The notes beneath the pieces were generated by a model. It saw nothing but the letters and a program-made list of their open reading frames with translations, searched no databases and was not told the DNA's origin. Below, piece after piece: positions 19,092 through 27,478 of a stretch of DNA of 64,000 nt. The stretch comes from Polyangiales bacterium (GTDB lineage Bacteria > Myxococcota_A > Polyangia > Polyangiales > Polyangiaceae). The DNA lies in contig JBBRNJ010000004.1 of the NCBI GenBank assembly GCA_038230375.1, positions 96,001-160,000 of the forward strand, written 5' to 3'. Both the position numbers and the translations under genes were made by a program. Every line of letters starts with the position of its first letter. Positions within the stretch are counted from its first letter, which is position 1.

Positions 19092-20447
19092 ATGACCGAA
19101 CAAGAAGACGCCGCGGCTCGGGCCAGTTCAAAACGTGCGGTGTGGGCGCTCGTCGGCGTGGAGACGATCGCGTTCCTCGGCACGGAGATCGCGCGCTTCG
19201 GCGTGTCCGTCTACATCTACCAGGCCACCAAGTCCGTCTACGCGTTCGAGGCGCTTCTCCTTGCGAACACGGTGCCTGGACTCCTCATCTCGCCGCTCGC
19301 TGGCGCCATCGTGGATCGCACCCCGCGCAAGCGCGTGATGATCGGGGCCGCGATCGTGTCGCTCATCGGCACCCTGATCGTCCTCGGCGGCGCGGCGGTG
19401 GACAAGCTGTCGCTGCTGCCCATCGTGCTCGGCGCCATGCTCGCGAGCATGGGCGAAGCGTTTCAGTGGCCTGCGCTCTCCGCTTCCGTCCCGCTGATGT
19501 GCACCGAAGAGGAGCTGCCCCGCTTCAACGGATTCCTGGAGTCGGGACGCGCGGCCAGCATGCTCGCGGGCCCGGTGATCGGTGGCTTCCTGTTTGCGTT
19601 CCTGAAGCTGCCGGGCCTGCTCGCGGTAGAGGTCTGCACCTTCCTCATTGCCATGGGCGTGGTGCTGACGATCACCATCCCACAGCCAGCGAAGATGGAG
19701 CCGGAAGAAGGGCACGCCTCCATGTGGGCGGACTCGGTCTTCGGGGTGAAGTGGATCTGGCAGCGGAAGCCCCTCCTCAAGTTCCTTTCCATCGCCGTGT
19801 TCGCGAACTTCTTCCTCTCCATCGGCATCGTGCTCATGCCGCCGTACGGCCTCAGCGTGCTCTCGGAGAAGTCCTACGGAATCGCCTACGGCCTCTTCGG
19901 CGGCGGGATGATCGTCGGCGGTATCGCCTATGGCTTCCTGGCGGGGCGGTTCAAGAACATCCAGCTCTTCCTCTGGTGCGCGGTCTTCGTGGGCATCGTC
20001 TACACGGGCTACGGCTTCGCGAAGAGCGTCTACACGATCGCCATCCTCAACTTCAGCATCGCGGTGCTGATGACCATCATCGACGCTGGCATCATGACCA
20101 TCTGGCAGCTCCGCGTGCCGGAGGAATACCAGGGCCGCGTGCTTTCCGCAGTTCGCATGGTCGCGTACGCGGCGGGCCCCGTCAGCTATCTCCTTGCCGG
20201 ACCCATCGCGGACACCATGGCGCCACGGCTCTTCGAGGGCGGCGGTGGCCTCGCTACATTCCTCACGCGCACGTGGGGCGCAGAGCAGACGGGCCAGGTC
20301 GGGTTCATCTTCACTTCGATCGGCATCATTCTGTTCATCGGCTTCGCGATGGCGTTCTTCTCGAAGGACGTGCGCAGCGTGGAGCAGGGGCCGGAGGGCG
20401 AAGGCGAGGCGAAGGCCGAGGGTGAGGCTGAGGGGGACGCGGAGTAG
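19092..20447 (+). CDS. MFS transporter (DHA3/macrolide-efflux-like), probable NRPS product exporter
   Basis: About 12 hydrophobic segments, motif A GAIVDRTPRK, and QLRVPEEYQGRV; divergent from the NRPS across ~80 bp. Confidence 0.9.
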   Translation: MTEQEDAAARASSKRAVWALVGVETIAFLGTEIARFGVSVYIYQATKSVYAFEALLLANTVPGLLISPLAGAIVDRTPRKRVMIGAAIVSLIGTLIVLGGAAVDKLSLLPIVLGAMLASMGEAFQWPALSASVPLMCTEEELPRFNGFLESGRAASMLAGPVIGGFLFAFLKLPGLLAVEVCTFLIAMGVVLTITIPQPAKMEPEEGHASMWADSVFGVKWIWQRKPLLKFLSIAVFANFFLSIGIVLMPPYGLSVLSEKSYGIAYGLFGGGMIVGGIAYGFLAGRFKNIQLFLWCAVFVGIVYTGYGFAKSVYTIAILNFSIAVLMTIIDAGIMTIWQLRVPEEYQGRVLSAVRMVAYAAGPVSYLLAGPIADTMAPRLFEGGGGLATFLTRTWGAEQTGQVGFIFTSIGIILFIGFAMAFFSKDVRSVEQGPEGEGEAKAEGEAEGDAE

Positions 20448-20452
20448 CGGGG

Positions 20453-21139
20453 ATGGAGCTGCCGTTCGAGGTCGTGATGCGCGGCGATGTTCGCGTGTTG
20501 CGGTTTGACTATGCGCAGGGGGCGGCGGTGTCTCGTGGGGCGCTCTGGGCGTTGCTCACGGAGGAGGACTCTGTTGCGGTGCGGCGGTTTGCGCTTCCGG
20601 AGCTGCGTGATCGGGCTCTCTTGCGGCGTGCGTTCGTTCGCGTGGCGCTGGGGAAGGAGCTGGATGTGACTCCACGCGAGGTTCCGCTCTCGAAGGGGCG
20701 GCGCGGCAAGCCGGAGCTCGTTGGTCATTCGTATGTGGTCGTGAGCCTTTCGCACACGGATGACGTGGTGCTGCTTGCTGTTGCGCGCGGACTCGTACGA
20801 GGCGTTGGCGTGGACGTGGAGCGCGTTGCCGCAGAGATCGATCCGGACCTGCTGGCGCCGACGGTGTTGCATGAAGAGGAGGCGCGCGCGATGACGGGGC
20901 TCGTTGACGACGAACGAAAGAGGGCGTTCTTGCGCGTGTGGTGTCGCAAGGAGGCCGCGCTGAAGGTCACGGGCATCGGCTTGCTGGACGATCTCACTTC
21001 GCTGTCCGTGATGAGGGACGAGATCGACTTCGGCACGTGCAAGGACGCGCGCGTGATGAAGGAAGACGCGCGGGTGGTGAGGATCGAGGATCTGGGACTC
21101 GATGAGGAGCACGTCGCGGCACTGGCGACGTCGACGTAG
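20453..21139 (+). CDS. Sfp-type 4'-phosphopantetheinyl transferase
   Basis: GKP, SLSHT, GVDVE and WCRKEAALK motifs; 5 bp downstream of the MFS gene. Confidence 0.93.
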   Translation: MELPFEVVMRGDVRVLRFDYAQGAAVSRGALWALLTEEDSVAVRRFALPELRDRALLRRAFVRVALGKELDVTPREVPLSKGRRGKPELVGHSYVVVSLSHTDDVVLLAVARGLVRGVGVDVERVAAEIDPDLLAPTVLHEEEARAMTGLVDDERKRAFLRVWCRKEAALKVTGIGLLDDLTSLSVMRDEIDFGTCKDARVMKEDARVVRIEDLGLDEEHVAALATST

Positions 21140-21143
21140 ACAG

Positions 21144-21279
<136 letters not shown>

Positions 21280-21894
21280 CTACTGCTTCTTGCAGCGTCC
21301 GAACGACGGCGGTAGGCCCAGATCTTTGATGTTGTCGCTTGTGCACTGCTGCCCCGTCGCGCAGCCGTTGCTTGCGGCGGGGGCTGCGGGATCGCAGAGC
21401 TGGATGCCGTCCTTCGAGCACACAGTTCCCATCTGGCAGGCGGCCACTGTGCCCTTGGAGTCGGACTGTGTGGCGCAGCAGACTGTGCCGGTTGGGCAGT
21501 TTGCTTGATCGCTGCACGACAGTGTGACGAGGTTCACGTCCCCGCCCTGATTGCCGTTGCCGCCGTTTCCAGTGCCGCGGCCCGCGTCGGGGATTGCGCA
21601 CGTGCCTGTCTCGCACCCATAGGCGAGGCCGGCGCTCGTGGGGGTGACGCAGCAGACCTCGGCTGGGATCGCGCAGCTGGTGTTGCCGCACGAGAGAGAA
21701 GTCGTTGTGCCGCCCGGGCCTGCGTCGGCCGGGTTCACGCCGCCGTTCGTCGCGACTCCGCCGTTACTCCCGCTGCCGCCTCCGTCTCCGCCAGCCCCGT
21801 CGATGGAGCTCACGGACGCTCCGCCACAGCCAACGAACACGGCGGCTCCGAGCGCACCCGCCAGCGTGATTCCCGCAACGCTCTTCGTAAGCAT
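21280..21894 (-). CDS. Cys-rich lipoprotein
   Basis: MLTKSVAGITLAGALGAAVFVGC lipobox, Gly-rich linker, repeated C-x4/5-C-x6-CC units. Confidence 0.75.
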   Translation of the reverse strand: MLTKSVAGITLAGALGAAVFVGCGGASVSSIDGAGGDGGGSGSNGGVATNGGVNPADAGPGGTTTSLSCGNTSCAIPAEVCCVTPTSAGLAYGCETGTCAIPDAGRGTGNGGNGNQGGDVNLVTLSCSDQANCPTGTVCCATQSDSKGTVAACQMGTVCSKDGIQLCDPAAPAASNGCATGQQCTSDNIKDLGLPPSFGRCKKQ

Positions 21895-22042
21895 AGGTGG
21901 AGCCCCTTCCCTGCTTGAAGGTGCCCGGACCCGAGCCAGAGCAGGCGGGGAAGCCACGACCGCATGAAATGAGGGGGCTTCGCTCTCACATCGCACGAGA
22001 TGTCCGACGCATCGCGCGGGGTTGTTCTGCTAGCCTCGCCGC

Positions 22043-25042
22043 GTGATTCGTAGAGCGTCAGACCGCCCCACGGCGCGCATGCTCGTTGCGCTGCTCGTGA
22101 CGCTCGTCCTTCTGGTCCTCGCGATCGGGCAAGCACGCGCGGATGGTGCGGGAAGCGGGCTCATCGGCAAGGCGGACGCGGCGTTCTTCAAGAAGGACTA
22201 CGGAAGCGCGGACGCGCTCTACGTGGAGGCGCTGGAGAAGGGCGGCCTCACCACGCGCGAGTCGATCCAGTGCTGGGTTCAGCTCGGTGCAGCGCGCGTG
22301 GCGCTAGGGCACGAGAAGGAGGCGCGCGCCGCCTTCCGCAACGCAGCGCTCCTCGATCCACACTTCCTGTTGCCCAAGGACGCGGGCCGGAAGACGCGAG
22401 GCATCGCGGACGAGATGCGACGCGACGCTCGGACCACCGGCACGTACCAGATCTCCGTGGAGGCGCCGGAGACCGTGCAGCCGAACCGCCCGTTCCACGT
22501 CACGGTGACCATGAGCTCGGCGCACGCCGCGCTCATCTCGAAGGTGCGGCTCACCGCGCTCGAGGCGGACAGCGACGACTTCTACGAGAAGGTGGAGAAC
22601 GCATCCACGACCATCGGCTTCGACGTGGGCGCGAACGTGGCGGCAGCGGACAAGACCGTGCTCCTGCGCGTGGAAGCGGTGGACGCGCACGACAACAAGC
22701 TCGTCACCGTGTCCGCGCGCGTGAAGGTCGGCCCACTCAGCGGCGGTGGCACCGGCGGAGGGAGCACGGATGGTGGGGCCGAGCCTGCAGGCGACGGCGG
22801 TGCGGCCGCACAGGGCGCGCCGCTCATCACGACGAAGAGCGGCGACGACGCAGAGGACACCGAGGGCTCGGGCCCGTGGAGCGTCCCGCACGGCGAGAAG
22901 AAGTACACGTCCATCCGCGCGGGCAGCAGCCCCGTGATCGACGGCATCCTGGACGAGCCTATCTGGGCGACAGCGCCCAAGGACAACCGCTTCCTCTCCA
23001 CACGGAGCAAGCCATACGGCCAGCCCACGACCGAGCCGACGGTCGTCCAGATCGCGTACGACGCGGAGAACCTCTACGTCGCGTTCCGCTGCACCTACGG
23101 CAAGCCCGGCAAGAAGGACGAGACCTTCACTGCGGACGAACAGACGCTGCTCGCGGAGTCGGAGAGCGTCGCGGTGCTCGTGGATCCGGTGCACGGGCAC
23201 ACCGGCGCGTACCAGTTCGTGGTGTCGCCAGTCGGCGCGCGCGCGGACGTGGAGCTGTCGGACCAGGGCTCCGTGCAGAACGTGGACTGGCGCGGCATCT
23301 GGGAGTCGGGCACGCAGCACACGAAGGATGGCTGGACGGCGGAGCTGAAGATCCCGTGGGGCACCATGCGCATGCCAAGCCACTCCACGCCGTTCGATCT
23401 GGGGCTGAACTTCACGCGGCGCGAGCCCACGTCGGGCGAGTACGCGCTGTGGTCGCTGCACCCTCCCGCAACGGAGCTCTTCGACACGAACTTCTTCGGA
23501 CATCTGGATGGCCTGTCGGACGTGCATCCGGGACAGCGCCTCTATCTCGAGCCCTACGTCGCGTTCGCGTACGACAAGACGCCGTCGCCGTCGCTCTCAC
23601 AGCTGTCGGATTTCTCCGGGCAGAACGGCTCGTTCCGTCCGTACGCGGGCCTCTATGCGCGGCTCCGTCCGCCGGGGCCGTTCCGTCTGGACGCAACGTT
23701 CAACCCCGATTTCTCCGCAGTGAACCCGGACCAGGCGCTCGCGAACTTCGATCGCTTCGAGCTCGAGTTCCCCGAGGCGCGCGCGTTCTTCGCGGAGGAC
23801 ACGCCGCGCTTCGCGTTCGGTGCGCCGCGCTACCTCTACGGAGATCTGGGCGCGCAGCTCTATTACTCACGCCGGCTCGGCATCCAGACCAACACCGCGG
23901 GCCTCACGCAAGCAGTGCCCATCCTGTGGGGCGTGAAGTCCGTCGTGCGCGAGGGCGGCACCGAAGCCGCGATCATGAACGTGGAGACCGCGCCCCCAAG
24001 GCGCACCGTCTCGCTGTCCGACAACGCGACCATCGGCCGCGTCACGCAGACGTACGAGGGGCAGCGCATAGGCGCCATCTTCTTGAACAGCGCGGGCGAC
24101 TCCGGCGCGTACACCGCGGGCGGCGTGGACGCAGCGGCCGCGTTCTACGATCGTCATCTCCAGGTGTCGGGGTTCTACGCCGCGTCCAAATCGCAGGGAC
24201 TGGATCTGTCGGGCGCGGGCGAGGGCACGGTGTCGTGGAAGAGCCAGGACTTCTACGCGCAGGGCACGTACATGGACATTGGCAAGAGCTTCGATGCGCC
24301 GCTCGGGTACTTCCCCATCACGGGCGTGCGCTCTGAGCAGCTGGCCGCGGGCTACACGCCGGTCATCCGGAGCGATCTCGTGCAGCAGCTCTTCCTGGAT
24401 TCGCAGCTCTCGCTCGCGAAGGATCGCGACACGGATCAGCGCGTGTTCGATCGCGGCGTGCTGGCCGCCAGCATCACGACCATCCAGCAAGCGAACGTGC
24501 AGGTGAGCGTGCAGCCCGCGATAGAGAACGTGGCCACGCCCTTCCCCATCGGCAACGGTCGCATCACGGTGCCGCAGGGTCAGTACAAGGTGATGGTGAC
24601 GCAGATAGAAGTGCTTTCACCCGCGCGCCGCACCATCGTGTGGGGAGTCGGCTATCTGGGAGGAGATCTCTACGACGGTCAGCGACGCGCGCCATCCGCC
24701 ACGTTCGGAGTGAACCTGGGGCGCTTCGCGTCGCGCATGAAGTACCAGATGTTCATCCTGTCGTATGGAGACGAGCACTTCACGGGCCACGCGCTGTCCG
24801 CGAACGCGAGCTACTCGTATTCGCCCAGAGCGAAGACCACGCTGCTCGTGGAAGCGAACACCGTGGCCGCGCGCGGCGTGGCGCAGCTCGCGACCAGCGT
24901 GCAGATGTGGACCGCCAGCACGCTCACGCTGGCGCTCCGAGGCACCAGCGGAAGTACGATCGACGTGGCCGCACGCGACTGGTCCGACAACCCGGACTTC
25001 TCCGCCATCCTCAGCTTCGCCCTCGGCGTCACGCCCTTCTGA
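22043..25042 (+). CDS. Secreted/outer-membrane protein: TPR-like N-terminus, CBM9-like (DOMON) domain and DUF5916-like beta-barrel
   Basis: Signal peptide ending ARA; PVIDGILDEPIW, AYDAENLYVAF and GWTAELKIPW (CBM9-like); TFNPDFS and FPEARAFF (DUF5916-like); C-terminal Phe. Start may be ATG 22079. Confidence 0.8.
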   Translation: MIRRASDRPTARMLVALLVTLVLLVLAIGQARADGAGSGLIGKADAAFFKKDYGSADALYVEALEKGGLTTRESIQCWVQLGAARVALGHEKEARAAFRNAALLDPHFLLPKDAGRKTRGIADEMRRDARTTGTYQISVEAPETVQPNRPFHVTVTMSSAHAALISKVRLTALEADSDDFYEKVENASTTIGFDVGANVAAADKTVLLRVEAVDAHDNKLVTVSARVKVGPLSGGGTGGGSTDGGAEPAGDGGAAAQGAPLITTKSGDDAEDTEGSGPWSVPHGEKKYTSIRAGSSPVIDGILDEPIWATAPKDNRFLSTRSKPYGQPTTEPTVVQIAYDAENLYVAFRCTYGKPGKKDETFTADEQTLLAESESVAVLVDPVHGHTGAYQFVVSPVGARADVELSDQGSVQNVDWRGIWESGTQHTKDGWTAELKIPWGTMRMPSHSTPFDLGLNFTRREPTSGEYALWSLHPPATELFDTNFFGHLDGLSDVHPGQRLYLEPYVAFAYDKTPSPSLSQLSDFSGQNGSFRPYAGLYARLRPPGPFRLDATFNPDFSAVNPDQALANFDRFELEFPEARAFFAEDTPRFAFGAPRYLYGDLGAQLYYSRRLGIQTNTAGLTQAVPILWGVKSVVREGGTEAAIMNVETAPPRRTVSLSDNATIGRVTQTYEGQRIGAIFLNSAGDSGAYTAGGVDAAAAFYDRHLQVSGFYAASKSQGLDLSGAGEGTVSWKSQDFYAQGTYMDIGKSFDAPLGYFPITGVRSEQLAAGYTPVIRSDLVQQLFLDSQLSLAKDRDTDQRVFDRGVLAASITTIQQANVQVSVQPAIENVATPFPIGNGRITVPQGQYKVMVTQIEVLSPARRTIVWGVGYLGGDLYDGQRRAPSATFGVNLGRFASRMKYQMFILSYGDEHFTGHALSANASYSYSPRAKTTLLVEANTVAARGVAQLATSVQMWTASTLTLALRGTSGSTIDVAARDWSDNPDFSAILSFALGVTPF

Positions 25043-25075
25043 TGCCCTTCTGATGCCCTTCTGATGCCCTTCTGA
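25033..25075. repeat. 11-bp tandem repeat (GCCCTTCTGAT) x~4 overlapping the stop codon
   Basis: Read directly; the first copy contains the TGA of the upstream gene. Confidence 0.9.
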
Positions 25076-25333
25076 CACTGCTCGTGGACGGCCACCGCGG
25101 GCGGGAGGCGAGCGCGGTGCCCGGCGGCGGCGGGCCCCCCTCCCGACTCGCACGTCGTTCCACGCCGGTGAATGAGGGCGTTTGGAGGACTGGCTTCGGT
25201 GTTGTGCTGGATGACCGCGCGAGAACGCCGCCGCTCGGCAGGGGGATAGCTCCCACCGCCGCCGGGCACCGCGCCCCCCTCCCGCCCACTGAGGATCCGG
25301 AGAGGCAGGAAGAGAAGCGGTAGATTGGGTGGC

Positions 25334-25876
25334 ATGGATGCTCTCTCGATCTTGCTCGCACAGGCTCGCAACAACGCTTGGGCCAACCACCGGTTGCTCG
25401 GCGCGTGCGCGCTGCTGACTCACCAGGAGCTCCATGCCACGCGTGTGAGCTTCTTTCCCACGCTCATGAAGACGCTGAATCACAACCTGATCGTGGACTG
25501 GTACTACATCGACGCGCTTGTGAAGGGCGGACGGGGGCGCGCGCTGTTTGCGTCGGAGGAGCCCTTCGCGGACATCGGTGAGCTCATGAGCGCCCAGCGC
25601 GAATCGGACAGGAGGCTCTGCGCGTTCGTGGAGAGCCTGAGCACTGCGCAGCTGGAGGAGCGCGTATCACTCGCGCGCCGCGATCACACGCAGGTCGAGT
25701 CCGCAGGCGACGTGCTCCTCCACCTGTTCGAGCACCAGATCCACCACCGCGGCCAGGCGCACGCGATGCTTGCGGGCACGCGCGTTGCGCCACCACAGCT
25801 GGACGAGTTCTTCCTGAAGGAGGAGCTGCCGCTGCGAAGAGCAGAGCTGGAAGAGCTGGGGCTGCCGCTGGAATAA
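25334..25876 (+). CDS. DinB/YfiT superfamily protein
   Basis: NAWANHRL, TLNH and HLFEHQIHHRGQAHAML metal-binding His motifs. Confidence 0.9.
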   Translation: MDALSILLAQARNNAWANHRLLGACALLTHQELHATRVSFFPTLMKTLNHNLIVDWYYIDALVKGGRGRALFASEEPFADIGELMSAQRESDRRLCAFVESLSTAQLEERVSLARRDHTQVESAGDVLLHLFEHQIHHRGQAHAMLAGTRVAPPQLDEFFLKEELPLRRAELEELGLPLE

Positions 25877-25901
25877 GCGAGGGCAGCAAGGGGCGCGCGA
25901 T

Positions 25902-26205
25902 GGGGCAACTGCCGCGCGCGCAGAGACCACGTGCACGATCGGCCCCCTCACGAGCGGGGTCGTATACAGTGTGTCGGTCACGGCGACCAACGGGCCGGCG
26001 CGAGCGCGCCCTCCTCCGCGAGTCCCGGCGTTCCCAACTGAGCCCTCGCGCGGCGAGCTGAACGCGCACCGCTCCGGCAACCGTCCAGCACCTGCAGACT
26101 GCAACCTTCGTACTTCACCAGCACCACGTCATCCGACGTGAACCCTTGAAACGACGACATATCCGTGGCGTCCCACTCGATGATGAGCGGCGATCGGGTT
26201 ACCAT
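25902..26205. pseudogene. Two apparent gene remnants: an FnIII-like fragment (+) and a myxobacterial lipoprotein-domain fragment (-)
   Basis: The + frame reads TTCTIGPLTSGVVYSVSVTATNG. The - frame reads PLIIEWDATDMSSFQ...VVLVKYEGCSLQVLDGC. Neither has a full-length ORF. Confidence 0.45.
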
Positions 26206-26219
26206 GACCTGCTTCCAGC

Positions 26220-27107
26220 ATGACCATGCTCATCTCACGTCGCGGCGCGCTCTCGGTTCTTGGTGCGACCATCGCGGTTGCCTGTACGCCTCCCGCTGAA
26301 TCACCTGGTGGTGGCATGAGCACGTACAACGCGCTCGCCGACATCGAGCGCTCCGTGGGGGGACGCGTGGGGGTGTTCGCGCTGGACACCGGTACTGGTC
26401 GCACCGTCGCGTTCCGCGAGGACGACCGCTTCGCGATGTGCTCCGTCTTCAAGTGGACGCTCTCTGCGGCCGTGCTGCTTCGCGTGGACAAGGGTGAGCT
26501 CGCGCTCACGGACGCCGTGCCTTACTCGCGCAGCGACCTCCTGGAGTACGCGCCTGTCACGCTCGAGCACGTGAACGACGGCTCGATGACGGTGGAGGCG
26601 CTCATGCAGGCGGCCATCACGCAGAGCGACAACACCGCCGCGAATCTGCTGCTTGGCAAGGTGGGCGGGCCAGGCGGCCTCACGCAGTTCGTCCGTCAGC
26701 TGGGCGACACGGTCACGCGTCTCGATCGTGATGAGCCGCAGCTCAACGAGAACCTGGACGGCGACGAGCGCGACACCACATCACCGAAGGCGATGGTCGG
26801 CCTCTTGCGCGCCGCGCTCGTGGGTGAGGCGCTCACTGCCGCGTCGCGCGAGCGCTTGCTCGGATGGATGCGCGTGAGCAAGTCCGGTCAGCGACGCCTT
26901 CGTGCCGGGCTCCCAGAAGGCTGGGCCGCGGCCGACAAGACGGGCACGGGCGGGAACGGGTCGAACAACGACGCGATGATCGCAATGCCCCCAGGCCGCT
27001 CGCCCATCCTCGTCTCCGCGTTCATGAGCGGGAGCCGCGTGCCGAGCGCCACGCTGGAGGCCGCGCACGCGAACATCGCGCGGCTCGTGGTCTCCACGTT
27101 CGCCTAG
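26220..27107 (+). CDS. bla: Class A serine beta-lactamase, Tat-exported lipoprotein
   Basis: FAMCSVFK (SxxK), SDN, DRDEPQLN (E166/N170) and KTG motifs; SRRGAL twin-arginine signal with IAVAC lipobox. Confidence 0.93.
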   Translation: MTMLISRRGALSVLGATIAVACTPPAESPGGGMSTYNALADIERSVGGRVGVFALDTGTGRTVAFREDDRFAMCSVFKWTLSAAVLLRVDKGELALTDAVPYSRSDLLEYAPVTLEHVNDGSMTVEALMQAAITQSDNTAANLLLGKVGGPGGLTQFVRQLGDTVTRLDRDEPQLNENLDGDERDTTSPKAMVGLLRAALVGEALTAASRERLLGWMRVSKSGQRRLRAGLPEGWAAADKTGTGGNGSNNDAMIAMPPGRSPILVSAFMSGSRVPSATLEAAHANIARLVVSTFA

Positions 27108-27139
27108 GCCTTTTCGGCGCTCCGCCCTACTCTCTCTGC

Positions 27140-27478
27140 ATGGGGCGTTCATCTATTCTCTTCGTGTCGTGCTTCGTGATCATCGCGGCAGCGTGCAGCA
27201 GCAGCACCACCACCGGCAGCGGCGGCAGCGATGGCGGCGGCGGCAGCGGTGCAGACGGAAGCACCAGCGGCAACGACGACGGCGGCGGCGGTGGCACTGA
27301 CGATGGCGGCAGCGCGGACGACGGCGGGACAAGCAGCAACGACGAGGGCGGCACCACCTTCCCGAAGGACGCATCGTTCGACTCCGGCAACATGTGCCTC
27401 GCGAGCGGCGAGGTGTGCGCCAACGCCAACCAGTGCTGCAGCAAGAAGTGCCCGGTCCCCGCGTACCTCTGCCAGTGA
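27140..27478 (+). CDS. Small lipoprotein with C-terminal cystine-knot-like domain
   Basis: Lipobox IAAAC, Gly/Asp/Ser linker, C-terminus CLASGEVCANANQCCSKKCPVPAYLCQ. Confidence 0.75.
   Translation: MGRSSILFVSCFVIIAAACSSSTTTGSGGSDGGGGSGADGSTSGNDDGGGGGTDDGGSADDGGTSSNDEGGTTFPKDASFDSGNMCLASGEVCANANQCCSKKCPVPAYLCQ

Noticed and set aside
21899..21981. Possible structured RNA or riboswitch (imperfect inverted repeats CTTCCCTGCT / AGCAGGCGGGGAAG)
   Set aside because: No riboswitch consensus recognised; such pairing arises by chance at this GC content.
26420..26960. Carbapenemase-type class A enzyme (Cys before the catalytic Ser)
   Set aside because: The partner Cys238 after KTG is absent (KTGTGG), so the KPC/SME-type disulfide signature is missing.
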